Of a stretch of DNA of 64,000 nucleotides, positions 26,795 to 36,004 are shown piece after piece (position 1 is the first letter of the stretch; every line of letters begins with the position of its first letter). The position numbers and the translations under genes are program-made. Source of the stretch: a virus (lineage: Duplodnaviria > Caudoviricetes); IMG/VR virus record IMGVR_UViG_3300029305_001452, positions 64,001 to 128,000 of that record. One strand, written 5' to 3'. The notes below the pieces were generated by a model that had not been told where the DNA came from, did no database searches, and was given only the letters and a program-made list of their open reading frames with translations.

Positions 26795-27823
26795 ATGAAG
26801 TATTTTAGTAATGAAATCGTGTTTAGAGGACATCCCGATAAGGTTTGTGATCAGATTAGTGCGGCAATTCTAGCAGAATGTGTAAAGCAAGATCGAAACA
26901 CTAGAGCAGGTATTGAAGTAGCTGGTGGCAAGGGTAAAATCTTTGTCACAGGAGAAGTAACCACTAAGGCTAAGTTTAATACAGAAGAGATTGTAAAGAA
27001 AGTGCTTCGTGATGTTGGATACAGTGACAACTATGAGGTCATTGATAATATTGGCAAGCAGTCCGCAGATATTGCTCTTGGTGTTGATGTTGGTGGTGCC
27101 GGTGACCAGGGCATGATGTTCGGCTATGCTTGTAATGATACTCCTCAGATGCTACCTACAGCAATGGTAATTCTACAGGAGTTTGCAAAGTTCTATGATA
27201 AGCTATGCCATAAGGATAAGAGATTCCTACCCGATGGTAAAGCACAGATTACTGGTCTTTATGATAACAGTTTTAAGCTTGTAAAGATTAAGGATTTCAC
27301 AATTTCTTATCAGAACACTGAAGAAGATAGAGATTATACCGACGCCATCCTAGAGGGCGCTGCAAGATTTATTTGTATTTCTAATGGTGTTACTGATATT
27401 GATAGATTCCTTATCAACCCTACTGGCAAGTTCCTAATTGGTGGCTTTGATGGCGATGCTGGTCTAACTGGCAGAAAGATTGTAGTTGATGCCTATCAGT
27501 CTTTCGCCAATGTTGGTGGTGGTTGTCAGAATGGCAAGGATGCCACTAAGGTTGATTTTTCTGCCTCTCATATGGCACGTAAGATTGCGTGTGAATATCT
27601 AAAGAAGCACGATTTAAAGTGGTGTGAGGTGCAGCTATCTTATGCAATTGGTGTAGCAGAGCCTCTTGCAATTTATATTGATAGTAATATTGGTAACATC
27701 GTTCCTGATGAATCTCTGTATCCTAGATGTACACCTAAGAATATTATTGACGAACTTCATCTACTAGATATTGATTATGAAAAGTTGGCAATGTTTGGTC
27801 ATTATGTGGAAGCAGAGGTGTAA
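26795..27823 (+). CDS. metK: S-adenosylmethionine synthetase
   Basis: GHPDKVCDQIS, GAGDQG, GLTGRKIVVD. Confidence 0.95.
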   Translation: MKYFSNEIVFRGHPDKVCDQISAAILAECVKQDRNTRAGIEVAGGKGKIFVTGEVTTKAKFNTEEIVKKVLRDVGYSDNYEVIDNIGKQSADIALGVDVGGAGDQGMMFGYACNDTPQMLPTAMVILQEFAKFYDKLCHKDKRFLPDGKAQITGLYDNSFKLVKIKDFTISYQNTEEDRDYTDAILEGAARFICISNGVTDIDRFLINPTGKFLIGGFDGDAGLTGRKIVVDAYQSFANVGGGCQNGKDATKVDFSASHMARKIACEYLKKHDLKWCEVQLSYAIGVAEPLAIYIDSNIGNIVPDESLYPRCTPKNIIDELHLLDIDYEKLAMFGHYVEAEV

Positions 27824-27825
27824 TT

Positions 27826-28491
27826 ATGCCAAAGATGCTTGATTTATTTTGTGGAACTAAATCTATGGCAAAAGCTTTTGCAAGAGCTGGGTGGGAAACA
27901 TATACAGTAGACTGGAGTGAAGAATTTGAACCAACATTGTGTTGTGATGTCAACACTCTAACAGTTGATAAGATTATTGAGCTTTGTGGCGGAGTCCCCG
28001 ACTTCGTCCACATGAGCCCAGATTGTACATCTTATTCTGTTGCCGCAATTTCTCGTCATAGAAAACAAAACAAAGAAACTGGTGAGCTTGAAGCTATTTC
28101 TAATTATGCTAAATTTTGCGACAGTACCAATTCGTATATCATTGATTTAGTTGTCAATCAGTTAAAACCCACTTTCTATACAATTGAAAATCCTCGTTCT
28201 GCAATGAGGAAAATGTTCTTTGTTAGAGAGCTTCCTAGATATACAACTACATATTGCCAATGGGGAGACACACGAATGAAGCCTACTGACATCTGGACGA
28301 ATCTTCCTAATCCTAATTTTCCTTGTTGTAAAAATGGTGATCCTTGCCACGAGAAAGCTCCTCGTGGTAGTAGAACTGGCACACAAGGAATTAAGGGGGC
28401 AAAGGATAGATCTCGTATCCCAGATAAGTTGTGTGAATATATTGTGAAGCTATGTGAAAGTGGACTAAGCAACATGGACGGTGATAATTGA
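27826..28491 (+). CDS. small C5-MTase-like methyltransferase
   Basis: LDLFCGT, SPDCTSYS, IENP. Confidence 0.7.
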   Translation: MPKMLDLFCGTKSMAKAFARAGWETYTVDWSEEFEPTLCCDVNTLTVDKIIELCGGVPDFVHMSPDCTSYSVAAISRHRKQNKETGELEAISNYAKFCDSTNSYIIDLVVNQLKPTFYTIENPRSAMRKMFFVRELPRYTTTYCQWGDTRMKPTDIWTNLPNPNFPCCKNGDPCHEKAPRGSRTGTQGIKGAKDRSRIPDKLCEYIVKLCESGLSNMDGDN

Positions 28492-29567
28492 TGATTTATC
28501 TAGACCATGCGGCTACAACTCCAATATGTGAAGTTGCGAAAGAAGTTATAAGAGAACATCTTGATGATTTTGGAAATCCAAGCTCCGGACACGAACTTGG
28601 TAGGCAAGCAAGAGTGTTAATTGAAGATGCAAGAGAGCGAATTGCTAGATGTATTAATGCAGAGCCTAATGAAATATATTTTACTAGTGGTGGATCTGAA
28701 GCTAATACTTGGGCATTAAATCAATTTGGTACAATTGCCACAGAACTTGAACATCATTCTATTAATGCTGCACGATATATGCCTGTTAATCCAAGCGGTA
28801 TTGTAAATGTAGAAGCATATAAAAATATGACATATTGGATAGGTGATGCAGTATCTTGTATGTATGTCAATAACGAACTTGGAACAATTCAGCCCATTAA
28901 AGACGTTGCTGAAATATCTCACGATAAAAAGAAGTGGTTTCATACTGACGCAGTACAGGCAGTAGGCCATATTCCTATTGATGTAAAAGATATTAATTGC
29001 GATATGCTTTCTGCGTCTGGGCATAAATTTGGAGCGCCTAAGGGTGTTGGGTTTCTTTATATAAAAAATGATTATCCAGACCTTGATCCTTTAATTTATG
29101 GCGGCAAACAAGAACAAGGTATACGTGGCGGCACAGAAAATGTACTTGGCATTATCTCTATGGCGGCAGCACTTGAAGATGCCGTGGAACATATGGAAGA
29201 GCACAACGCCCATATTAAGCATCTAAGAGATAAAATGTTAGATAAACTACTTCAAATTCCCGGTTCGCACCTTAATGGTTCATTAGAAAGCCGTGTCTCT
29301 AGTAATATAAACATTCGATTTTCTGGGGTTTCTGGAGCAAGATTAGTTACATTGTGTAGTTTGTATGGTATTTATATTTCCTCTGGATCAGCATGTAATG
29401 AGGGTGTTTCTGAGCCAAGTCATGCATTAAAAGCTATTGGTCTAACAGACGAAGAAGCGTTGAGTAGTATTCGTATTACCATAGGACATGAAAATACAGA
29501 AGAAGAAATTGACCAAGCAGCAAATATTATTACAAAGTTAGTTGAAAGGATGCGTAATGAAGATTAA
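28488..29567 (+). CDS. iscS: cysteine desulfurase
   Basis: YLDHAATT, FTSGGSEAN, HTDAVQ, SGHKFG, SSGSAC. Confidence 0.93.
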   Translation: MMIYLDHAATTPICEVAKEVIREHLDDFGNPSSGHELGRQARVLIEDARERIARCINAEPNEIYFTSGGSEANTWALNQFGTIATELEHHSINAARYMPVNPSGIVNVEAYKNMTYWIGDAVSCMYVNNELGTIQPIKDVAEISHDKKKWFHTDAVQAVGHIPIDVKDINCDMLSASGHKFGAPKGVGFLYIKNDYPDLDPLIYGGKQEQGIRGGTENVLGIISMAAALEDAVEHMEEHNAHIKHLRDKMLDKLLQIPGSHLNGSLESRVSSNINIRFSGVSGARLVTLCSLYGIYISSGSACNEGVSEPSHALKAIGLTDEEALSSIRITIGHENTEEEIDQAANIITKLVERMRNED

Positions 29568-30156
29568 TTATAAGACCAGTATTTTTATTATTGTGGTCGT
29601 TGCATTAATTATTACTATTGCCTGTGCAAGATATTTAGCAACAGAAAACAATAGAATTAATAACGAACTTATAACAGCACAAAATGAATTAACCATTACA
29701 AAAGAAGAATTAATTTCAACGCAAGAAAGTTTGGCAGAAGAAATTAAAATATCTACTAATCTAAATAAGCTTATTGAAAATACAAATATAGAACTTGAAA
29801 GTTTAAACACGACAATTGGACATCTAAAGAACGAAGAATATGAATTTGTATATATGGGTGATTTTAAATACACATATTATTGTGATGAGAGATATCCTCA
29901 TATTTGTGGATATGGTGTTGGTTTAACTGCAAGTGGCAAACCCACAGAAGTTGGTTGGACAGTAGCAGCGGACACTTCGGTTCTTCCTATGGGTTCAATT
30001 ATTTATGTTGAGGGTTTAGGTTTTAGAGAAGTTATGGACCGTGGTGGTGGAGTAAATGGCAATCACATTGATATTCTGATGACAACCCATAATGAATGTT
30101 TTCAGCAAACTTTAATTAATGGTGGAATTTGGGTTTTAGTTCAGAAAGGGTCTTGA
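29542..30156 (+). CDS. membrane-anchored coiled-coil protein with a 3D domain
   Basis: TM, coiled coil, TASG..VAAD..DRGG..HIDI. Confidence 0.8.
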   Translation: MKGCVMKINYKTSIFIIVVVALIITIACARYLATENNRINNELITAQNELTITKEELISTQESLAEEIKISTNLNKLIENTNIELESLNTTIGHLKNEEYEFVYMGDFKYTYYCDERYPHICGYGVGLTASGKPTEVGWTVAADTSVLPMGSIIYVEGLGFREVMDRGGGVNGNHIDILMTTHNECFQQTLINGGIWVLVQKGS

Positions 30157-30181
30157 CAATACAAAATTAATGTGGTATAAT
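30153..30181 (+). promoter_or_regulatory. sigmaA promoter with the ACAAAATTAAT motif in the spacer
   Basis: TTGACA-at-ACAAAATTAAT-gtgg-TATAAT. Confidence 0.8.
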
Positions 30182-30245
30182 ATCATCACAAACGGTACTA
30201 AGTAGGCTAATATAGGAGAAATCTTATGTTAGCCTTTTTGCAAAG

Positions 30246-30449
30246 GTGGTGTATATTATGATTAAAGTGGAAAATGAGTGCGTAGATTGTGGATTGCCGT
30301 GCCTATATTCATCTTGTCCATATTGGGCTGTTAAAAGATTTTATTGCGACGAATGTCATGACGAGGCAAAACTTTATTGGTATGATAATGAACAGTTGTG
30401 CTTAGATTGTATTGAGAAAAGATTAGAAAAGGTTGAGTGTGATGACTGA
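30246..30449 (+). CDS. small Cys-rich protein
   Basis: ECVDCGLPC..C..CDEC..CLDC. Confidence 0.6.
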   Translation: MVYIMIKVENECVDCGLPCLYSSCPYWAVKRFYCDECHDEAKLYWYDNEQLCLDCIEKRLEKVECDD

Positions 30450-30582
30450 AAAGAATAAGAAAAAGGAAGAAGCTAAAAAGCAAAGAAACCTATGGCCATT
30501 TAGCCCCGTGACTAGAACGGTTGAAAGTAAAAAGAAGTATAGTCGTAGAAAGGATCGCAAAGACAAGAGATTATATGATTAA
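30442..30582 (+). CDS. 46-aa basic peptide, ArfA/BrfA-like (not in the ORF track)
   Basis: MTEKNKKKEEAKKQRNLWPFSPVTRTVESKKKYSRRKDRKDKRLYD. Confidence 0.45.
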   Translation: MTEKNKKKEEAKKQRNLWPFSPVTRTVESKKKYSRRKDRKDKRLYD

Positions 30583-30593
30583 GGAGAATTATT

Positions 30594-31010
30594 GTGCAAT
30601 TAACAAAGAAAGATAAAACATACTTTAATATTGCAAAAGAAGTGTCAAAGCTTTCTGATTTTCCTAGGGTGCAAATTGGTGCATGTGCCGTTTATAAGCA
30701 TAAAGTAATTAGCACCGGATGTAATTCTCAGCGTACTAGTCCGCTACAGAAAAAATATAATCAATATAGATTTACGGTGGAAACACCTCATACATGCCAC
30801 GCAGAAATCAGTTGTCTGAAACCTCTAATTGGACGTAGAGATATTGATTTTAAAAATGTAGAATTATATATTTACAGAGAATATAGAAATAATGAATTAG
30901 CATTATCTCGTCCGTGTACAAGTTGTATGAAATTAATTTCAGATCTTGGAATCAAACACATCTATTACACCAATTCTGGTGGTTTTTCACATGAAGAAAT
31001 TTTAATTTAA
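30594..31010 (+). CDS. zinc-dependent cytidine/dCMP deaminase-like protein
   Basis: HAE...SRPCTSC. Confidence 0.75.
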   Translation: MQLTKKDKTYFNIAKEVSKLSDFPRVQIGACAVYKHKVISTGCNSQRTSPLQKKYNQYRFTVETPHTCHAEISCLKPLIGRRDIDFKNVELYIYREYRNNELALSRPCTSCMKLISDLGIKHIYYTNSGGFSHEEILI

Positions 31011-31022
31011 AGGAGAAATAAT

Positions 31023-31604
31023 ATGATTCAAATTAGAAGCAGTGTATTTGAAACCAACTCTAGTTCTATGCATAGTATTGCAATCCCTAGAAATTGCAAG
31101 GCGGTTAGTAGTGTGCATTTTAGCATTGGTGAGTTTGGTTGGGAGTGGGATGAAGTTGATGCTGCGAATTATTTGTATACTGCAATTTGCATAAATTCTG
31201 AAAGTGAATCCGAAGTAAAAGAAAAGATTGAAAAGTTGGAAAATATTTTGAATAATCATGGTATTTCCTGTAGCTTTGGACGAATTGAAAATCATGTTTG
31301 GCATGATGATTATGACAATACAGATTATTTCTGTCTTGATAATGGATATATTGACCATGGTTATGAGTTGAAAGAATTTGTTGACGAGCTTTTCAATGAT
31401 GAAGATAAGCTTGTAAGATTTGTTAGTGGTGGTCTTGTGTTTACCGGCAATGACAATTCCGATATGGAAGATTGGTGTTATATCAGAAGAAATCATGAAT
31501 ATTTAGATAAATATGATTGGCGGACTAAGACAAGTACTCAGTTTAAGAATCCGTATTATATGAGTAATCACGCAGATTATGAATGGTATGACAAGGGTAA
31601 CTAA
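31023..31604 (+). CDS. FETNSSS-motif protein 1
   Basis: N-terminus MIQIRSSVFETNSSSMHS. Confidence 0.7.
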   Translation: MIQIRSSVFETNSSSMHSIAIPRNCKAVSSVHFSIGEFGWEWDEVDAANYLYTAICINSESESEVKEKIEKLENILNNHGISCSFGRIENHVWHDDYDNTDYFCLDNGYIDHGYELKEFVDELFNDEDKLVRFVSGGLVFTGNDNSDMEDWCYIRRNHEYLDKYDWRTKTSTQFKNPYYMSNHADYEWYDKGN

Positions 31605-31616
31605 GGAGGCAAGATT

Positions 31617-31994
31617 ATGAAGCAGATTAGACGTGGAGTTTTTGAAACAAATAGCAGCAGCACACATTCTCTTACAATGATGATGAAGAATGATTATGAG
31701 AGATGGCATAATGAAAAGCTTTATCTGTATGAAGGTGGTTATGGTTGGGAATTTAGTAAGCCTATTAAAAATTCTCTTTATACAAAGGAAGAAGTTCTTA
31801 AATTTGCAAAGAATAATAGATATTGGCATGATTATGTAGAAGATGAATATAAAGAATATGAAATGCTGAGAGATATGGGTTTCATTGCTTGGGATGACGA
31901 GGGTAGTGAGTACCTTGAATGTTTCTATAAAGAGTTTACAACTCCTTCTGGTGAAACGATTGTTGCCTTTGGCGAGTATGGTTATGATGGTTAA
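31617..31994 (+). CDS. FETNSSS-motif protein 2
   Basis: N-terminus MKQIRRGVFETNSSSTHS. Confidence 0.7.
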   Translation: MKQIRRGVFETNSSSTHSLTMMMKNDYERWHNEKLYLYEGGYGWEFSKPIKNSLYTKEEVLKFAKNNRYWHDYVEDEYKEYEMLRDMGFIAWDDEGSEYLECFYKEFTTPSGETIVAFGEYGYDG

Positions 31995-32003
31995 GGAGAT
32001 TAT

Positions 32004-32522
32004 ATGATTCAAATTCGTAATAATGTATTTGAGACAAATAGTAGTAGTACTCATTCACTTTCTATGACAAACGAACATATTAGCGATACAGAATTGAATG
32101 ACCTGGCATTTGAAAACACCTACATTATCAAGCCATTTAAATCTGATGAGGTTGACGACATTATGGAATTACATAGTGTTAAGGACAAACTAAGATATTT
32201 TCTTACATTATACTATCAATCTTGGGACGATACACCAGGTTCGTGCAAGAACGAATTTATGAAGCTGCTTAAAAAGATTTTTCCTAATACAATATTTAGT
32301 TTAGAGATTGGACACCAATATATTTTTGAAGATGGAGAATATTTTTTTGACAGCTACTTTGACAAAGCAGAATGCACTAAGCTAATGGACGAACATATAC
32401 TCAAAAAGTTTATACTCTATGGAACAATTAATTTTGGAGATAGAGATAGAGAAGAATATTATGACAAAGTAAACCATATTCGATACAATAAAGACCTGTG
32501 GAGTGTTGATTGGTCTGGCTGA
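32004..32522 (+). CDS. FETNSSS-motif protein 3
   Basis: N-terminus MIQIRNNVFETNSSSTHS. Confidence 0.7.
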   Translation: MIQIRNNVFETNSSSTHSLSMTNEHISDTELNDLAFENTYIIKPFKSDEVDDIMELHSVKDKLRYFLTLYYQSWDDTPGSCKNEFMKLLKKIFPNTIFSLEIGHQYIFEDGEYFFDSYFDKAECTKLMDEHILKKFILYGTINFGDRDREEYYDKVNHIRYNKDLWSVDWSG

Positions 32523-32540
32523 TTAAAAAGGAGATTTAAT

Positions 32541-33431
32541 ATGAATATTCTTGGTGAATATAAAAACGGTAACTATAATGTCCGTATTTATGAAGATGGC
32601 ACAAAAGTAAGATTTAACGATCTTGACAACTTTAATCCTACATTTGCAGAAAACTGTGATGTTAAAATTACCGACAAGTGTGATGGTGGATGTCCTTTCT
32701 GTTACGAGGGATGTACTCCCAATGGCAGACACGGTGATATTTTGAATCCTAAGTTCCTAGGCACTCTGCATCCTTATACAGAGCTTGCTATTAATGGCAA
32801 TGACTTGTCTCATCCTGACTTGGGTGCTTTTATGATTAAAATGAAGGAGAAGAGGGTCATTTTGAATATGACTGTTAACCAGATTCATTTTGAAAAGCAT
32901 TTTGATTATATTAGGAGTTTGGTGCAGGATGGTTACATTTATGGTCTTGGTGTGTCGCTGAAAGAGCCTACTGATGAGTTTATTAAAATGATTAAGCAGT
33001 TTCCCAATGCAGTGATTCATGTGATTAACGGCGTTGTATCCGTACATGACTTGGCTCGTCTTGCAAGTCACAATCTTAAGGTTCTTATTCTTGGTTACAA
33101 GAACCTTCGCCGTGGAGAAAGTTACTATGAGCAGAATGATGAGATTGTGACCGCTTTGCAGGAAGACTTGGACGCATTTTTGTTCCCAGAAATCATTAAC
33201 AATGGTTGGTTTAAGGTTGTAAGCTTTGACAATCTTGCAATCAAGCAGCTTCATGTGCAGAAGCATCTGCCAGAAGAGCAGTGGGAAGAATTCTATATGG
33301 GTGATGATGGTAATTATACTTTCTATATTGATATGGTAGATGGAACTTTTGGTAAGAATTCTTTAGCTACCAAAAGATATCCTATTATGGATAATATTGA
33401 CGATATGTTTAACAAAATTAAAGGAGAATGA
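32541..33431 (+). CDS. radical SAM protein
   Basis: CxxxCxxC (CDGGCPFC). Confidence 0.85.
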   Translation: MNILGEYKNGNYNVRIYEDGTKVRFNDLDNFNPTFAENCDVKITDKCDGGCPFCYEGCTPNGRHGDILNPKFLGTLHPYTELAINGNDLSHPDLGAFMIKMKEKRVILNMTVNQIHFEKHFDYIRSLVQDGYIYGLGVSLKEPTDEFIKMIKQFPNAVIHVINGVVSVHDLARLASHNLKVLILGYKNLRRGESYYEQNDEIVTALQEDLDAFLFPEIINNGWFKVVSFDNLAIKQLHVQKHLPEEQWEEFYMGDDGNYTFYIDMVDGTFGKNSLATKRYPIMDNIDDMFNKIKGE

Positions 33432-33433
33432 CA

Positions 33434-33598
33434 ATGAGTCAGCAGGATTATTTTGAACAGAGCTTGTGTCGTAAGTGCTTTATTAAGCATTGCAAACCCA
33501 CGAAGAAAGAAATTAAGAAGATGGTTATGAGTGAAGAACAATATGAATGTGATTGCTGTCACAAGACAGACTATGTTGTAGAGTATTTGGAGGATTAA
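33434..33598 (+). CDS. small Zn-finger protein (54 aa, not in the ORF track)
   Basis: AAGGAG RBS; CRKC...CDCC. Confidence 0.5.
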   Translation: MSQQDYFEQSLCRKCFIKHCKPTKKEIKKMVMSEEQYECDCCHKTDYVVEYLED

Positions 33599-33600
33599 TA

Positions 33601-34377
33601 ATGACAGACGAACAGCTAAAATTAGTACAGCCAATTTTAGATACATTTGAAAATTTAGATATTAAGGAGTTTGCAACGGTACTTTTAAATGATATTCCAA
33701 ATTATATTTGGCATGTAGGAGCAAGTTCTACTGGTAAATATCATCCGGCATATAGTCTTGGTGAAGGTGGTCTAATGCGCCATCAAATTGCAGTTGTAAG
33801 ATTTCTAAATTTCTTCTTTGCACTAGAACAATATAATACCAAGTTTACAAGTAGAGAACGAGACTTAATGCGACTTGCAGGGTTAGTGCATGACGCAAGA
33901 AAGTCTGGCTCGCAAGAAGATTACGAGAAATCTAAATATACTAAGTTTAATCATCCAGTTTTAATGGCAGATGTAATTCGTAGGTTTGATGGACAATATC
34001 TAAATCATGACGAACTCGAACTTATTGCAGACACTATTAGTAAGCATATGGGTCAATGGAATACCGATAGAAAGAGTTCTTTAGAATTGCCTAAGCCTAA
34101 CGATAAATATTCAAGACTCGTACATCTGGCAGACTATCTTGCTTCTAGAAAAGATTTAACTATGGATTTTGAGGGTTATATTGCAACACCTACTTCTGTA
34201 ACATTCGATCCAGAGTATAAGATTTCATTTGGCAAGCATTCTGGTAGACGTCTAATTGATGTATATAATGCTACACCTGATTATATTGCATGGTGTGAGG
34301 AAAATATTCATCGCTCTGATTTTCTACAGATGATTAAAGCAATGAAAGAATATTTAAAGAATAGGGAGAATGCATAA
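33601..34377 (+). CDS. HD-domain phosphohydrolase with a C-terminal FGKH domain
   Basis: ASSTGKYHP, LVHD, HMGQW, HLADY; GGAGG RBS before ATG 33601. Confidence 0.8.
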   Translation: MTDEQLKLVQPILDTFENLDIKEFATVLLNDIPNYIWHVGASSTGKYHPAYSLGEGGLMRHQIAVVRFLNFFFALEQYNTKFTSRERDLMRLAGLVHDARKSGSQEDYEKSKYTKFNHPVLMADVIRRFDGQYLNHDELELIADTISKHMGQWNTDRKSSLELPKPNDKYSRLVHLADYLASRKDLTMDFEGYIATPTSVTFDPEYKISFGKHSGRRLIDVYNATPDYIAWCEENIHRSDFLQMIKAMKEYLKNRENA

Positions 34378-34880
34378 TGGCAGAAATTCTAGGTGGTGGA
34401 ACACTATATAAAGCATTTAGAGAACTTGGCATTGAGGCTACAAGAACATATAAGGGTAGCGACAAACCATATTATCAGATATGGGAACTATCCAAGGATG
34501 ACCTAAAGAAGCTAGAATACGTTGAGGAATGGAAAGACGAGTGGGGCTGGTGGCGTTATGCCAAGGGTTCTAATATGGGCACACCTTTTGATTTCTTTAC
34601 AGTCAATGGCAAGGAATTAATTGCTTGGGAAGATTCGTACAAAAGACAAGATCTTATGGACGAATGGGAAGATGAGCCTGATGACGAAAAGGCTGCATAT
34701 CATTATTCCTTTAGAGAATATGAAAAGGCCATGAATCCTCATACATACGATAATTTGACCACCTATATGTGTGATGAACTTGGTGCTTCTCAGCCGAGAA
34801 ATGTTTGTGCTTTAGCAGTTGATCTTGCTCGTGCTAATGGTTTAACTATGGCGAAACTTTTTGAGCTTTATGAGGGATGA
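34377..34880 (+). CDS. hypothetical protein
   Basis: translationally coupled ORF. Confidence 0.6.
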   Translation: MAEILGGGTLYKAFRELGIEATRTYKGSDKPYYQIWELSKDDLKKLEYVEEWKDEWGWWRYAKGSNMGTPFDFFTVNGKELIAWEDSYKRQDLMDEWEDEPDDEKAAYHYSFREYEKAMNPHTYDNLTTYMCDELGASQPRNVCALAVDLARANGLTMAKLFELYEG

Positions 34881-35437
34881 TTATGGGTAAACAATTTTAT
34901 ATTGCAGATTGGCATTATGACCATGCTAATTGTATCGTGTTCGACAATAGACCATTTAAGAATGTCCAAGAAATGAACGAAGAACTTATTAAAAGATGGA
35001 ATAAAGTTGTTTCGGACGACGATACTGTTTATATTCTTGGAGATATGTTTTGGTGTAATTGGAAGGATGCGCTGCCTGTTTTAGACAAACTACATGGTAA
35101 AAGGATCTTAATCAAGGGCAATCATGATAGGTGTAATGAAAGTCAATTTGTGAAGAAGTTCAGCAAAATTGTAGATTATCTTGAAATTAAAGATAATGAT
35201 CGTAACGTCGTTCTTTGTCATTATCCTATTCCTTGCTTTAAGAATCACTTCTATGGTTGGTATCATCTGTATGGTCATGTGCATACTTCATTTGAATATA
35301 ATATGATGGAGCATAACAAATATTTAATGAATGAACTTTATGGTAAGCAGTGCGAAATGTTTAATGTTGGCGCTATGATGCCGTATATGGATTACACACC
35401 AAGAACACTCGATGAAATTATTGGTAATAATAAGTAA
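34877..35437 (+). CDS. calcineurin-like phosphoesterase
   Basis: ADWHYDH, LGD, GNHD, CHYP, GHVH. Confidence 0.85.
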   Translation: MIMGKQFYIADWHYDHANCIVFDNRPFKNVQEMNEELIKRWNKVVSDDDTVYILGDMFWCNWKDALPVLDKLHGKRILIKGNHDRCNESQFVKKFSKIVDYLEIKDNDRNVVLCHYPIPCFKNHFYGWYHLYGHVHTSFEYNMMEHNKYLMNELYGKQCEMFNVGAMMPYMDYTPRTLDEIIGNNK

Positions 35438-35447
35438 AAATGTACAA

Positions 35448-35525
35448 ATGGCCGGGAGAAATCTTGGCCATTTTGCCATATTGACTTTTTTAAAATATAT
35501 GATATATTAACAGTACAAAATTAAT
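35448..35525 (+). promoter_or_regulatory. terminator-like hairpin, then promoter and motif
   Basis: ATGGCCGGGA-GAAA-TCTTGGCCAT-TTT; TTGACT (35481)-16-TATATT; ACAAAATTAAT. Confidence 0.6.
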
Positions 35526-35533
35526 TGGGGTGA

Positions 35534-36004
35534 TTGATTATGGGTACTAACTTTTATCTTATGACTAGAAATAAATCTATGGCACAAAAATATGCGCCTT
35601 ATTCTTATAGTCTTACAGACGAGCCGTATTTTGGATATGAAATCCATATTGCAAAAACCAGTTGTGGGTGGTTGCCTCTTTTCCAAGGTCATAAAGACGG
35701 TATTAATTCCGTCCGTGAATACAAGGCTGCATATGAAACTGGTGAATTTGATATCGTAGACGAATACGGCAATTCTTATAATTGGGAAGAATTCACAGAA
35801 AGAGTGTTAAAATTTAATGGTGGGGTTCGTGGAGTGGAGCCGCTTAAAAAGATTGAAGTAGACACAAGTTCTCAGTTTTATGACCATAGACTACCAGAAT
35901 ACATGCCGATTAGTCATTTTGATTATAAATATGATTATTATTATGTTAATGATTATTTTGCAGATGAAGATGGTTATGAATTTGACAAGAGGGAGTTTTC
36001 ATAA
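35534..36004 (+). CDS. hypothetical phage protein
   Basis: MGTNFY..HIAKTSCGW pattern; coupled to the RNA ligase. Confidence 0.6.
   Translation: MIMGTNFYLMTRNKSMAQKYAPYSYSLTDEPYFGYEIHIAKTSCGWLPLFQGHKDGINSVREYKAAYETGEFDIVDEYGNSYNWEEFTERVLKFNGGVRGVEPLKKIEVDTSSQFYDHRLPEYMPISHFDYKYDYYYVNDYFADEDGYEFDKREFS

Noticed and set aside
28488-29567. DndA of a phosphorothioation system
   Set aside because: No dndBCDE or ssp genes are present; a generic IscS is the supportable call.
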